From NCBI GenBank assembly GCA_963806985.1, contig CAWDZV010000003.1, positions 611,277 through 675,276 on the forward strand: a DNA stretch of 64,000 nt, in the 5' to 3' direction. Source of the DNA: an uncultured Acidobacteriaceae bacterium. Its GTDB lineage: Bacteria; Acidobacteriota; Terriglobia; Terriglobales; Acidobacteriaceae. This document shows, one piece after another, positions 1-10,042 of the stretch (position 1 is the stretch's first letter; the number at the start of each line of letters is the position of its first letter). The position numbers and the translations under genes were made by a program. A model generated the notes under the pieces. It searched no databases. It saw nothing but the letters and a program-made list of their open reading frames with translations, and was not told the DNA's origin.

Positions 1-39
1 TTTCCCAGTAGCACAATTTCCCATCTGCAAAAATTCTGG

Positions 40-2574
40 TTGCTCATCCGGCGGCGCCCGGACATCCCTCTGACCCGGCTGCGCACGAGCGTCGCTGCGA
101 CCGCTGCGATTTTTGTTTGTCTGCTTTTTCTGTCGCAGGCCTTCGGACAGACTCCCGTTTTGACACAGCATTACGACAACGCGCGCACTGGTCAAAATAC
201 GAATGAGACGATTTTGACTCCGGCCAATGTCAATCCGGCGCAATTTGGAAAGCTCTTCACGCAACCTCTGGATGGAGTCGATGCGGGGCAGCCTTTGTAT
301 GTTCCGCAGGTTTACATACCCGGGTTGTTTTCCATTCACAACGTCGTCTACGTGGCCACGCTGCACGACGGCGTTTACGCCTTCGATGCTGACAACAATC
401 AGGGCACTAATGCATCGCCACTCTGGTATGTGAGTCTTATCGATCCTCCCAACGGTGTGACCAGCGTTCCCCAGAGCGACGAGGGGTGCAGCGTGGGTTA
501 CACGGAGTTCGGCATCCAGGGAACGCCGGTCATCGACCTAAATCAGAACGCGATTTATCTGCTCGCGATGACGAAGGAGAATGGCGCCTACGTTCACAGG
601 CTCCATGCCCTGGATCTGGGCACCGGCGCGGAACTCTTTGGCGGCCCGGTAACGATCAGCGCATCGGTCACGGTCGACAACCAACTCTATACCTTCATCG
701 ACAAATACCAGCAGCAGCGGCCTGGGCTTTTATTGCAGGACGGCATTATCTACATAGGTTTTGGCAGCCCCGGCTGTAACATCCCTACGGAAAACGGCTG
801 GGTTATGGCGTACAACGAAACCTCGCTCCAGCAAGTTGGCGTGTTCAATACTTCTCCCGGAGTTGACGCCTCCGCAATCTGGGGGTCCGGCGGAGGACTT
901 GTGGGAGATGGAGCGGGCAACATCTACGCTACAACCGGGGATGGTTTGTTCGATGCGAACACTGGCGGGCCCCACTATGGAGATTCCGTTCTTGAACTCA
1001 ACCAAGGCAATGGCGAACTGAATTTGGTGAGTTATTTCACTCCGTACGACCAGCGGTATTTTCAGCTGAACAACCTCGACGTTGGGTCCAGCCCAGCGCT
1101 GCTTTTGCCTGGGGGCGCCTATGTGGCCGCCATCGACAAGAACGGGGCGCTGTATTTGATGAACCAGAATAACCTGGGGGGATACGATCCTCTGGGTGAC
1201 ACCCAGATCCCGCAGGAGCTGGACGTTCCGATACAGCCGCAGGGAGACAGTCCATCCGAGGTTCACGCAGGCCTTACCTACTGGAACAACAATATTTATG
1301 TCGCGGCGTTCACCACGCCGGTTATGGCCTATTCGTTTTCCAACGGTCAGGTTTCTTGGACGCCGACCTCGCAGACCCCGTCGGCAACGTCGAATCCGCA
1401 GGGAGGCATTGTCTCCGCTAACGGCGATGTGAATGCGATCTACTGGTACGTGTCGTCACCCACGAGCAAGCTTTTTGCCTTTGACGCCACCAATCTTGCG
1501 AATCAGTTTTATAACAGCGCCATGGCGGCGAATAGCCGCAACGTCTTAAGCCAGGTGCCGCACTTTCCTATGCCGATCGTGGCAGATGGCCACGTGTATA
1601 TCGACGGAGGCGCGCTGGCGGGTAACAAGAGCAAGACTCCAGCCCAAGTAAACCAATTGATGGTTTATGGGCTATTGCCCACCCTAACGGCTGCGGGCGG
1701 CAATAACCAGAGCGGAGTGGAAGGGACCACTCTGCCTGTACAGTTGCAGGCAGCGCTTCAGGATCCTTACTCCGGCAACCCGATTCCGACTGCGGGCATT
1801 CCAGTGACGTTCGCGGTCAGCGGCAAGGTCGGTTCATTCTCGAATCCGAACGCCAGTACCGACAGCACTGGGACCGCGTATACGTCCTACACTTTGCCCA
1901 GCAAACCCGGCACTTACACGATTACAGCGTCCAGTCCCGGATACGTGAGCGCGACCTTCACAGTGGTAGCAACGACCACCGGTCCTACGTCGTTGTCGAT
2001 CAACTCGGGAAATAATCAAAAAGCTCCTGTGACTTCGCCGTTACCTCTGCCATTGAACGTCAAGGTTAAAGATGCAGCGGGCATCGGACTCGCCGGAATC
2101 CAAGTGAGCTTTTCCGATGGAGGAGTTGGAGGATCGTTCACGTCGCCGGTCGCGACCACAAACTCGGCCGGACTTGCGACCACATCCTATACCACCGGAA
2201 CGCAGGCGGGCGCGGTCTCGATTACAGCGTCCGTGATTGGGGTGACTCCGGTGGTATTCAAGGAAACCGTGGAGGCTGGTCCGGCAGCCGTTGTGAACGT
2301 ATACGCGGGAAACAATCAGACCGCCAAGCTGGGAGCTGTGGTTCCAAAGGAGTTGGAAGTCATCGTACTAGACCAGTATGGCAATGTCGTGCCAAAGGCG
2401 TCAGTAAGCTTCAACGACGGCGGCGCAGGGGGTAGTTTCGCGCCTAATCCAGCGGTAACGGCCGTGAATGGAATCGCCGGAGCGCACTATACAGCTCCTA
2501 TGACGGCTGGGCCAGTCACGGTAACGGCAAGCGTCGGCAGTGTCTACACCTCATTCACGGTCAACGTCAACTGA
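40..2574 (+). CDS. Secreted PQQ-like beta-propeller repeat protein with three C-terminal Big_1-type Ig-like repeats
   Basis: 844-aa ORF with a TTG start and an N-terminal signal-like hydrophobic stretch (AIFVCLLFLSQAFG). The N-terminal 530 aa are collinear with the 2901-4430 paralog (HYDNARTGQNTNETILTP, HNVVYVAT..D.VYAFDAD). The C-terminus carries three repeats of the form GNNQ...V.F....GGSF......T...G.A...YT....G...ITAS. Confidence 0.7.
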   Translation: MLIRRRPDIPLTRLRTSVAATAAIFVCLLFLSQAFGQTPVLTQHYDNARTGQNTNETILTPANVNPAQFGKLFTQPLDGVDAGQPLYVPQVYIPGLFSIHNVVYVATLHDGVYAFDADNNQGTNASPLWYVSLIDPPNGVTSVPQSDEGCSVGYTEFGIQGTPVIDLNQNAIYLLAMTKENGAYVHRLHALDLGTGAELFGGPVTISASVTVDNQLYTFIDKYQQQRPGLLLQDGIIYIGFGSPGCNIPTENGWVMAYNETSLQQVGVFNTSPGVDASAIWGSGGGLVGDGAGNIYATTGDGLFDANTGGPHYGDSVLELNQGNGELNLVSYFTPYDQRYFQLNNLDVGSSPALLLPGGAYVAAIDKNGALYLMNQNNLGGYDPLGDTQIPQELDVPIQPQGDSPSEVHAGLTYWNNNIYVAAFTTPVMAYSFSNGQVSWTPTSQTPSATSNPQGGIVSANGDVNAIYWYVSSPTSKLFAFDATNLANQFYNSAMAANSRNVLSQVPHFPMPIVADGHVYIDGGALAGNKSKTPAQVNQLMVYGLLPTLTAAGGNNQSGVEGTTLPVQLQAALQDPYSGNPIPTAGIPVTFAVSGKVGSFSNPNASTDSTGTAYTSYTLPSKPGTYTITASSPGYVSATFTVVATTTGPTSLSINSGNNQKAPVTSPLPLPLNVKVKDAAGIGLAGIQVSFSDGGVGGSFTSPVATTNSAGLATTSYTTGTQAGAVSITASVIGVTPVVFKETVEAGPAAVVNVYAGNNQTAKLGAVVPKELEVIVLDQYGNVVPKASVSFNDGGAGGSFAPNPAVTAVNGIAGAHYTAPMTAGPVTVTASVGSVYTSFTVNVN

Positions 2575-2620
2575 GGAACGGTTGGAGATAGTGGGTCGTA
2601 CATTCCGTTACCGTAAGCCG

Positions 2621-2656
2621 CGCCGGAATGTCACCTCAGCGGCTAAAGCCGACGCT
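2621..2656. repeat. Dispersed intergenic repeat, copy 1 (CGCC..TGTCACCTCAGCGGCTAAAGCC..GC)
   Basis: About 35 nt nearly identical to 61631-61666 in the same orientation. Both copies are intergenic. Confidence 0.6.
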
Positions 2657-2900
2657 GAAAACAAGCCGGTTATCGCGGCGGTAAACCGCTGCGCCACCCA
2701 AAAACAAGCGCCAGCGCGACCGTTTCCGCAGGCTGTGAAGCGGTCTTTTCAAAGACAACGAAAGCCGCGCTCTTTTGAGACAAAACAGACAAATCAAATA
2801 AGACAGGTCAAATAAAACAAATCAAACCCAACTACACGGTGGCAAAAGCGTCGCGTAAGGCCAGGCAGAAACTGAGATATCTCAATTTTCCAACTCTCTG

Positions 2901-4430
2901 CTAGAGCAAACCGTATACCACGAGGCAGGTGTTTGTTCCGACGTATACCTTGCCATGTGCTACGACTATATTCGCAAAGTGCGGGGGTGTAGGTAACCTG
3001 CCGCTGCCGTAGAGTTTCTTTAGGGTCGTCGCGTCAAACGCACTGATGCTTGAACCGGTGAGCTGCCAGAGAATCCCGTCAGTGGTTCCATTCGCCGAGA
3101 TCACAGGCGAGTGTCCGGAATCTACCTTCGCTGACTGCACGAAGGGCGTCGATGCCAATACCCCGTCCGTTAGCGACCACGCCTTGATTGGCGCTCCGGT
3201 AGCCGTAGTGTAGATGGCATTGTTCCAGTAGACTAACGACCCAGTGAATGGAGCAGCCGCCGTTAGTTCTTGCACAATCTGCGTGTCTGTGATGGTGCAT
3301 GAAGCGCAGAAGTGGCCCAGGCTCTTTTGGTTCAGAATGTAGATCGTGCCTTCTTTTCCAACCGCGGCCAAGAGATTCGGATAACTTCCTGTCTGCGTCG
3401 GCAGCACCAGTACAGGCGCGAACAGATCCATATCGTTGTCATCCAGAAAGAGCTCGTTGAAGGGAGTGAACCAGTCCGCTAATTCCAGCGTACTGCCAAC
3501 CTGCGACAGCTTGAAGACTGACTGCCCGAAATTGAGGCCGGACGCGAACGGCCCATCTGCAGTTGCTCCGTAGATGTTTCCGCTGCTATCGGCGGAAAGT
3601 CCTCCGCCCGACATCCAAACGGCGGCGGCCGATTCACCAGGTTCGTCGTCAAAGACGCCCATCGGTTGGAGCGTCGAAGCCTTGTACGACATCACCCAAC
3701 CCTGTTCCAGGTCGCCGCGACATCCATTGGATCCAAAAGCTATATAAAGATAGCCCTTCTCGAGCATCAGCGCGGGACGGTTGACCTGCATTTTTGGAGC
3801 GAAAACATAGGTCTTACCGTTGACCACGTAACTCGCGGTGATGACGACCGGGCTGCCTGTTTCTTCGATGCCGGTGGCAACGGCAAGGACGTGGAGGCGA
3901 TAGACAAACTCCGAATTCTCGTAAGTCTTCGCCACCACGTAGAGTCTCCCGGCTACGGGATCAATCACCGGAGTAGAAACGATGCCCACCTGGGTCCACT
4001 CCGTGCTTCCCCCGCACCCCTGCAGCTTGATGGGAACGGGAGTGGCGCCATTGATCAGAAAGCTGGTGTGCCATAGTGGAGCCGCGTTTTCCCCGGTCGC
4101 GCTGTCGGCGTCAAAGGCATAGACGCTGTCATTCATGGTAGCGACATAGACGACGTTATGAATTCCGGCCCCGGGAATTGTGATCTGCGGAAGATAAAGC
4201 GCCTGCCCAACAATTGCGCCGTCGACTGGCTGAGAGAAGAGCAGCCCAAATGTCTTGCTGGTCACGTTGAGTGGTGTCAGAATCGTTTCGTTCGTATTTT
4301 GGCCGTCGCGGGAGTTATCGTAATGCCAGGTGGTCACGGGCGTCTGCGCCCAGGCGGCGGTCACGCTGACAAGCACAAAAAGCAGGGCATAAACACTGGC
4401 GGCACGAACGCGCGAAATGGCAGCAGTCAT
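2901..4430 (-). CDS. Secreted PQQ-like beta-propeller repeat protein (paralog of 40-2574 without the Ig-like tail)
   Basis: The ORF runs 2901-4508. ATG at 4430 gives a signal peptide MTAAISRVRAASVYALLFVLVSVTAAWA. It shares WHYDNSRDGQNTNETILTP and HNVVYVATMNDSVYAFDAD blocks with the upstream paralog. Confidence 0.7.
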   Translation of the reverse strand: MTAAISRVRAASVYALLFVLVSVTAAWAQTPVTTWHYDNSRDGQNTNETILTPLNVTSKTFGLLFSQPVDGAIVGQALYLPQITIPGAGIHNVVYVATMNDSVYAFDADSATGENAAPLWHTSFLINGATPVPIKLQGCGGSTEWTQVGIVSTPVIDPVAGRLYVVAKTYENSEFVYRLHVLAVATGIEETGSPVVITASYVVNGKTYVFAPKMQVNRPALMLEKGYLYIAFGSNGCRGDLEQGWVMSYKASTLQPMGVFDDEPGESAAAVWMSGGGLSADSSGNIYGATADGPFASGLNFGQSVFKLSQVGSTLELADWFTPFNELFLDDNDMDLFAPVLVLPTQTGSYPNLLAAVGKEGTIYILNQKSLGHFCASCTITDTQIVQELTAAAPFTGSLVYWNNAIYTTATGAPIKAWSLTDGVLASTPFVQSAKVDSGHSPVISANGTTDGILWQLTGSSISAFDATTLKKLYGSGRLPTPPHFANIVVAHGKVYVGTNTCLVVYGLL

Positions 4431-4783
4431 CAAAAAAGCCTCCAAGATTATTAAACCGACGGTAGCTAAAAACCCCTGCAGAACGTGTGCTTTCGAGGGG
4501 TATGGCAACAGCGGTGGAACCTAGTTACGCCGAAGGATACCGGTAGATTGCAGGCGAGTCAATTTCTTTATCATTTCGTTAACAAAGCAAGTCTTTGCAG
4601 TGCAAATAGTTGCAGCTCTGGACCGCTGCGGGCGCAAACAGCGACGCCGACGCCCTTCTAAACGCAGTTCGGTCGGCTTACTTCTGTAACCGGGCGAATG
4701 AGCAAACACCGAAAATCCGTTTCCAAATGTTCTGCGGCTGGGCGATACTAAGAGAGAATCCTTCGCGGGCGATCCATCGGGGA

Positions 4784-5671
4784 ATGTCAGAGAAAATACT
4801 CAGGAATGTGGTGTCGGTGGACGTGGAAGACTATTTCCACGCCGAATCCTTTTCCGATGTGGTAGATCGCTCTCGCTGGGACAGCTATACCAGCCGAGTG
4901 GAAGCAAACACGCGCCGACTCCTGGTATTGATGGGTGGGCTGAACCTACACGCAACCTTCTTCGTTCTAGGGTGGGTTGCCGAACGCTTTCCGGCGCTTG
5001 TACGTGAGATTGCCGCCGGTGGACATGAATTGGCCTGTCATTCCTATTGGCATCGGTTGATCTATAAGCTGGAACCGGCTGAATTCAGGGAGGATACGCG
5101 GCGCGCCAAAAACACGATTGAGCAAATCTCAGGACAACCGGTCAGTGGATATCGCGCACCTACCTATTCTGTGATCGATCGTTCCGTTTGGGCGCTCGAT
5201 ATCCTGGCCGAGTTGGGATTCAGCTACGACTCCAGTATTTTCCCGATTCATCATGATCGCTATGGAATGCCGGGTGCGCCGCGGGCGCCGTTTCGTTTTC
5301 AAACGCCTTCCGGGCCGATGACTGAGTTTCCCATTACCACCTTTCGCCTGGCAGGACATAATATGCCAGTGGGGGGCGGCGGCTACCTTCGATTGCTGCC
5401 GCGGATGTACACGCGACTGGGATTGAAACGCGTGCAGGAAGAGGGATTGCCTACCGTGATCTACATACATCCCTGGGAGATCGATCCCGAACAGCCGCGA
5501 TTGCCGGGGCGTTTGAGCTCGCGTCTCCGTCACTACACCAACCTGTCGAGCACTCTCGATCGTTTCGAGAGCGTTCTGCGGGCAGGAAATTACACCAGCT
5601 TCCGCGAAAGCGGACTCGCCGATACGGCCAAGGATTTCGATTTTTATGAATGGAACAGCCACAAAAACTAA
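4784..5671 (+). CDS. Polysaccharide deacetylase family protein (PEP-CTERM/XrtA-locus subtype, DUF3473-like C-terminus)
   Basis: Begins MSEKILRNVVSVDVEDYFH, followed by ATFFVLGWVAERFP, HELACHSYWH and YIHPWEID. The ATG at 4784 was chosen over the long ORF-track extension from 4610. Confidence 0.75.
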   Translation: MSEKILRNVVSVDVEDYFHAESFSDVVDRSRWDSYTSRVEANTRRLLVLMGGLNLHATFFVLGWVAERFPALVREIAAGGHELACHSYWHRLIYKLEPAEFREDTRRAKNTIEQISGQPVSGYRAPTYSVIDRSVWALDILAELGFSYDSSIFPIHHDRYGMPGAPRAPFRFQTPSGPMTEFPITTFRLAGHNMPVGGGGYLRLLPRMYTRLGLKRVQEEGLPTVIYIHPWEIDPEQPRLPGRLSSRLRHYTNLSSTLDRFESVLRAGNYTSFRESGLADTAKDFDFYEWNSHKN

Positions 5672-6329
5672 ACCTGACGAAACCGAGCAGATCGCGAAAT
5701 ATTGGAACGACATCGCGAACGATTTCGACGCCATCTATACCGGTAAAAAGGGCCCGATTGGGCGCGGACTTGATAAGTGGCTGCGAAAAGACATTTACCA
5801 GCGTTACGAGTGGGTCATGCGCGAATCGGGTTCAGCTCCCGACTTGAGCGGCATAACGATTTGCGATGTTGGCTGCGGATCGGGGCGCTTTGTCGCGGCT
5901 CTGGCCAAGCGCGGCGCGCAGGTTACAGGCCTCGACTTTGCCCCGGAGATGCTCAGGTTGAGCCAACAACTGGTGGAAAAGGAAGGGGTCGCGGACCGCT
6001 GCAAATTTGTGCTCAGCGATGTGCTCGACTGGAAAACGGAGCAAAAGTTTGATCAGGTGATTGCTATAGGCTTCTGGGATTACGTTGCCGACCCGTTGCC
6101 GAGATTGCAAGTTATTCGCGGGATTACGAAGAAGACGTTCTTGTCGGCGTGGCCGCGCGCCGCAACTTTGCGCGCCTCCATTCGCAAAGTGCGTCTGAAG
6201 GCGGACGGCTGCCCGGTGTATTTCTTCACCCAGGCGCAGGCGGAGGACTATTTGAAACGAGCCGGTTTCCGAGTCGATTCGCACGAGATTCTGGGGCAAC
6301 TGCATTGCATACGGTCGACGGCAATCTAA
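5646..6329 (+). CDS. Class I SAM-dependent methyltransferase
   Basis: Motif I is ICDVGCGSGRF, and an acidic loop GLDFAPEM follows. It overlaps the deacetylase 3' end by 26 nt, which suggests an operon. Confidence 0.7.
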   Translation: MNGTATKTKPDETEQIAKYWNDIANDFDAIYTGKKGPIGRGLDKWLRKDIYQRYEWVMRESGSAPDLSGITICDVGCGSGRFVAALAKRGAQVTGLDFAPEMLRLSQQLVEKEGVADRCKFVLSDVLDWKTEQKFDQVIAIGFWDYVADPLPRLQVIRGITKKTFLSAWPRAATLRASIRKVRLKADGCPVYFFTQAQAEDYLKRAGFRVDSHEILGQLHCIRSTAI

Positions 6330-6351
6330 GTCAGCGCTCGGGGCAGTACTA

Positions 6352-7545
6352 ATGACGACGGCCAGGCTCGTGTTCTGGATCTCATCGGGATTTGTAGTCT
6401 ACGTCTATGTTGGTTACCCGCTGCTGCTGTGGTTCCTGCAAGCCATCTTTCGCTCATCGCCTCAGCGGCAGCCGATTGAGCCTACGGTTTCGCTGCTCGT
6501 GGCGGCCTATAACGAAGCTGCAGTCATCGCGGAGAAAATCCGCAATAGTCTGGCCCTCGACTATCCTGTGGACAAGCTGGAGATTGTGATCGCGTCGGAT
6601 GGCTCCAAGGACGCGACGGCGGAAATTGTCCGGGGATTCTGTAAAAGCGAAGCGTCAAGCGAACCCCAAAGCGAAGCCGGCGGACGGATTCGCCTTCTCG
6701 ACTACGAGAAGAACCGCGGAAAGATGGCGGTTCTGAACGACGCCGTGCGCGAATTGCGCGGAGACGTCGTGGCCTTTTCTGACGCCTCTAGCATGCTGGC
6801 TCCCGATTCTCTCCGCACCCTGGTTCAGAGCTTCGATGACGCGCGGGTGGGCGCTGCCAGCGGCGTTTATCGCCTGCTAAAGAAAGATCAAGCGCAACTT
6901 GGAGCGCAAGAGGATCTGTATTGGAAATACGAAACCTTCCTCAAAGTGCAGGAAGCCAAGCTGGGCGCCTTCACGGGCGCACATGGATCGCTTTATGCCA
7001 TCCGCCGCGCGCTTTATCCCTTTCCGCCGCTAAACACAATCAACGATGACTTCACCATTCCCATGCGGATTCTCGAACGTGGACATCGGGTGGCCTACGA
7101 GCCGGCTGCGGTGGCCTATGAAGAGGCTCATGAAATGGAAGGATTTTCCCGCCGCGTGCGCATTACCGCCGGCAACATTGAGCAGTTGCGAGAGATCAAG
7201 GGGCTGATCTGGCCACCGCGTCCGTTTGTTCTCTTCTGTTTGCTCTCGCATAAGACAGGGCGGCTGCTGGTGCCAGTGTTTATGCTGGTCGCCCTGGGAG
7301 CGAATCTTGCCCTGCGTGGACAATACCCTTACAACTGGTTGCTTCTCGGGCAAATGCTTTTTTATGGCCTCGCAGTGCTGGGCGCTATGACCAGCCTCAA
7401 GCCAAAAGTGCTCCGGCTCCCTTACTACTTCTGCATGATCAATTCGGCATTGTTTGCCTGGGTCTATCAGGCGCTGCGTCACGGGCGCGCGATTCCATCG
7501 CGAGTAGAGCTTGATCGTCTGGGAAATCACCCACCGGTGGGCTAG
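6352..7545 (+). CDS. Membrane-anchored family 2 glycosyltransferase
   Basis: Contains LLVAAYNEAAVI..LEIVIASDGSKD and a DAS (DxD-like) motif. Hydrophobic helices flank the domain at both the N- and C-terminus. Confidence 0.75.
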   Translation: MTTARLVFWISSGFVVYVYVGYPLLLWFLQAIFRSSPQRQPIEPTVSLLVAAYNEAAVIAEKIRNSLALDYPVDKLEIVIASDGSKDATAEIVRGFCKSEASSEPQSEAGGRIRLLDYEKNRGKMAVLNDAVRELRGDVVAFSDASSMLAPDSLRTLVQSFDDARVGAASGVYRLLKKDQAQLGAQEDLYWKYETFLKVQEAKLGAFTGAHGSLYAIRRALYPFPPLNTINDDFTIPMRILERGHRVAYEPAAVAYEEAHEMEGFSRRVRITAGNIEQLREIKGLIWPPRPFVLFCLLSHKTGRLLVPVFMLVALGANLALRGQYPYNWLLLGQMLFYGLAVLGAMTSLKPKVLRLPYYFCMINSALFAWVYQALRHGRAIPSRVELDRLGNHPPVG

Positions 7546-7771
7546 CCGGCGGCCGCGAGGCCAGATGTGGCGCTGAAAAATTCGGATCGCGTCCGTCAGA
7601 GGTGCGTGATAACCGGGTCGTCCCTCCGGGACTGGATTTGCGAGTGCCTTCCCCAGGGAATTCTCCGCAGTGCTCCGCGCGAGAAAAAATGTCCGCGGCA
7701 CGCTGCACAAGAAAAAGGCCCGAGGCGCGCCGCGGACCTTATCTACTATCATCTGCTATCGGGCTTCTACC

Positions 7772-9694
7772 TTATTCGACTCCGGCGAGGGCCTCGTTGA
7801 GTCCGACGATGTCGGCGCCGAGATCCTTGCCGTCGCTGCCGGCATTCTTGTAGGGGCTGTTGGGTGGAAGCTCGTAGTTCCCGCCGTTGCCGTTGTTAAA
7901 GGAAGTGAATTCGGCATTGCTGGGGGTCGGACCAAACATGTTGCCGGCCGGCCAGGTTGACGATCCAAACTCGGGAGTGGTCCCAAGGAAAGCGTTGTAG
8001 TTGAACGTGAAAGTCTTGAAGCAGCTGTTCAGAATTTTGACCGGAACGTCTGAAACTGCGCAACTGGCATCGCCGCCCTCGGCCTCCCACATGGGGTGAA
8101 TGCCGGTGGTGACGATGTTGTTGGTGAAGACGAATCCATACATCTCCGGGTTCGGCTTGTTGTTACCCGTGAACATGAAGCCGCCGGTGACATCTGCGAA
8201 GCCGGTAATATGATTGATGGTGATTGTATTTATGGGATTCGTTGGCCAGTTGTTCGCCAGATAAAACAGCCTGCCCGTACCGTTATAATTGTCGCTACTG
8301 ATATCGTCCATGACGATGTCGTGAATGCTCCAGCGAGTTCCTGCCGCGGCATAGTATTTTTCTTTGCTCGACCCATGGCTTTCAAGTGGAGTCGCCATTA
8401 CGATGCCGCCTCCGGCATGGATCACATGCGTGTACCGGATCGTCACGTCGGTAACCACACAAATTGGACACATGGGAGCATTGGTTTGACTGGGCTGGTT
8501 GATGGGAGTCAGGACGATGGCAAAGCCTCTCTGGCTGAAACCTCCCCAGACGTTTTCCATGAGGTTGGCTTCCGCCAGAACGCGTGAGGCGTTCTTAAGC
8601 TCCAAGTGATTCTTGACAATGAACGGATACCCTGCATACCCGCCCTGGAAGGGCTCACTTCCTGGCATCCATTGCCATGGTTTGAAGAAGTGATTGGAAT
8701 CGATGGTGATGTCGGTTGGAGTCGTGGTGGCTCCGCCGCCGCCGAACAGAATCGCTTCGCCCGATGCCTCGAGGAAGTTGTCCTCGATCAGATAGGGGCC
8801 GTCTTGGTGATCGCCGGTACCACCGCTCACTGCGTGCGCATCTGTGCATGCACCTTTAATGGAGGTGCAGTGAAGATCATTGAGGTAGGAATCCACGACG
8901 GCTACATAGTTTGAGCCGGCGAGATTGAAACCGGTCTTGGTGTCATCGAGCGCCACGCCGTGCACCCAGCTTCGATCGACAACGAGGTATTGGGCAGTGC
9001 CTTTTTGCTCGATCGAGATGAGGGTTGGCGAGGCTTTGACCCCGACCGGTCTGGTTATCTCCAGCCCGAGCAGACGATAGTGATTAGCTCCCGATTCGAA
9101 GATCACCGGGCCGTCGGCGAGTCCTGAAACCACAAGCTTCGCCAGTACATTCTGCGGTTGGTTGCAGGCATATTGCGGACGTCCCACGAGCGAAGCGACT
9201 CCCGCATAGCAGGGCGTCAAGCGCTGACCTTCGGGCGGCAGACTGGCGTCAGCAGAGCTGGTGCGAACGATGATCCAGTGATCGTTGTCGCAGTTCTTGG
9301 CGGGAAACTTGAATACTCCCGAAAACGTCGCCCCAGCCTGCAGTTCAATGGTGTCGCCGCACAGCGCGTTATTCAAGGCCGTTTGCAGACTGCCGCCGGC
9401 ATTGACGCTGATGATGGAGCCGGGAGCCGGTGTATCGGCCATCGAACTAGCAACCGTCGCGATCGGCAATTGCGCCGGACCATCGTAACCGCTGCTGCTG
9501 GTGCCGCCGTTGTTGTTGGTGTCAGTCCCTTGCGAATAGATATCCGTTTCGCGTATCGCAGTTCCGTGCACCGCCGCCGCGGAAAGAGCGGGCAGCAGCG
9601 CGACCGTCAGAAGGATTAGAAAAGTAAGACGCTGCAGGAACGCAGCAGAAAATCTGGAATAGTTCCTTATAAGTACAATTTCCGAAGCAAACAT
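7772..9694 (-). CDS. Secreted right-handed parallel beta-helix repeat protein (possible glycan lyase/hydrolase/epimerase)
   Basis: 640 aa with a signal peptide (LLTVALLPALSAAAVHG). Repeated G/N-rich beta-helix-like segments are present. No catalytic family was recognised. Confidence 0.5.
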   Translation of the reverse strand: MFASEIVLIRNYSRFSAAFLQRLTFLILLTVALLPALSAAAVHGTAIRETDIYSQGTDTNNNGGTSSSGYDGPAQLPIATVASSMADTPAPGSIISVNAGGSLQTALNNALCGDTIELQAGATFSGVFKFPAKNCDNDHWIIVRTSSADASLPPEGQRLTPCYAGVASLVGRPQYACNQPQNVLAKLVVSGLADGPVIFESGANHYRLLGLEITRPVGVKASPTLISIEQKGTAQYLVVDRSWVHGVALDDTKTGFNLAGSNYVAVVDSYLNDLHCTSIKGACTDAHAVSGGTGDHQDGPYLIEDNFLEASGEAILFGGGGATTTPTDITIDSNHFFKPWQWMPGSEPFQGGYAGYPFIVKNHLELKNASRVLAEANLMENVWGGFSQRGFAIVLTPINQPSQTNAPMCPICVVTDVTIRYTHVIHAGGGIVMATPLESHGSSKEKYYAAAGTRWSIHDIVMDDISSDNYNGTGRLFYLANNWPTNPINTITINHITGFADVTGGFMFTGNNKPNPEMYGFVFTNNIVTTGIHPMWEAEGGDASCAVSDVPVKILNSCFKTFTFNYNAFLGTTPEFGSSTWPAGNMFGPTPSNAEFTSFNNGNGGNYELPPNSPYKNAGSDGKDLGADIVGLNEALAGVE

Positions 9695-10042
9695 TATGAG
9701 CCCTCGACCCTACTGAATTGGGGGACAGTCGATGTCCTCAGGCTGAATCTAACGGGGTGGGTGGCATGTTCCTAGATATCGCCGGTGTATGGCAGACACG
9801 TCGGTACAAGTACGGGCGTGATGTACCGATTCGCGCGATCCACTGTCCACCGGTGTTTTACGTTTGAAGTGGCTGAAAACAGGCTCAGGGCAGTCGGTTT
9901 GGGGTGAGAGAGCGAAGAAGCGGAGACCTAGACCGGAGACAGCGCTATAAAAACTGTTGTAACACGATAACGAAGCACTCTTTTATTTACCTGTCTCCGC
10001 TAGTTAACCGGGAACGAGACCGCGATCGCGAATCGGAACGCA

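Noticed and set aside
40-4430. Calling the two propeller proteins PQQ-dependent dehydrogenases.
   Set aside because: Only the generic PQQ-like repeat and propeller signature is visible. I could not identify the cofactor or Ca-binding residues, and no pqq or cytochrome partner genes are present, so the neutral description was kept.
4610-4783. Long N-terminal extensions offered by the ORF track: 4610, 18120, 31097, 41074, 44524, 46342, 49681, 51172, 56074, 57361, the 49765 end of pncB and the 61577 end of bshA.
   Set aside because: Internal ATG codons with a better SD give N-termini matching the family start or a signal peptide. The extensions cross repeats, the SRP RNA or neighbouring genes.
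9695-10042. Possible structured RNA in the 348-bp gap downstream of the cysQ-like gene. The segments cggagacag (9937-9945) and ctgtctccg (9992-10000) could pair across a 46-nt loop.
   Set aside because: There is a single weak stem, no flanking T-run on the relevant strand, and no recognisable riboswitch or sRNA motif. The evidence is insufficient to report a feature.
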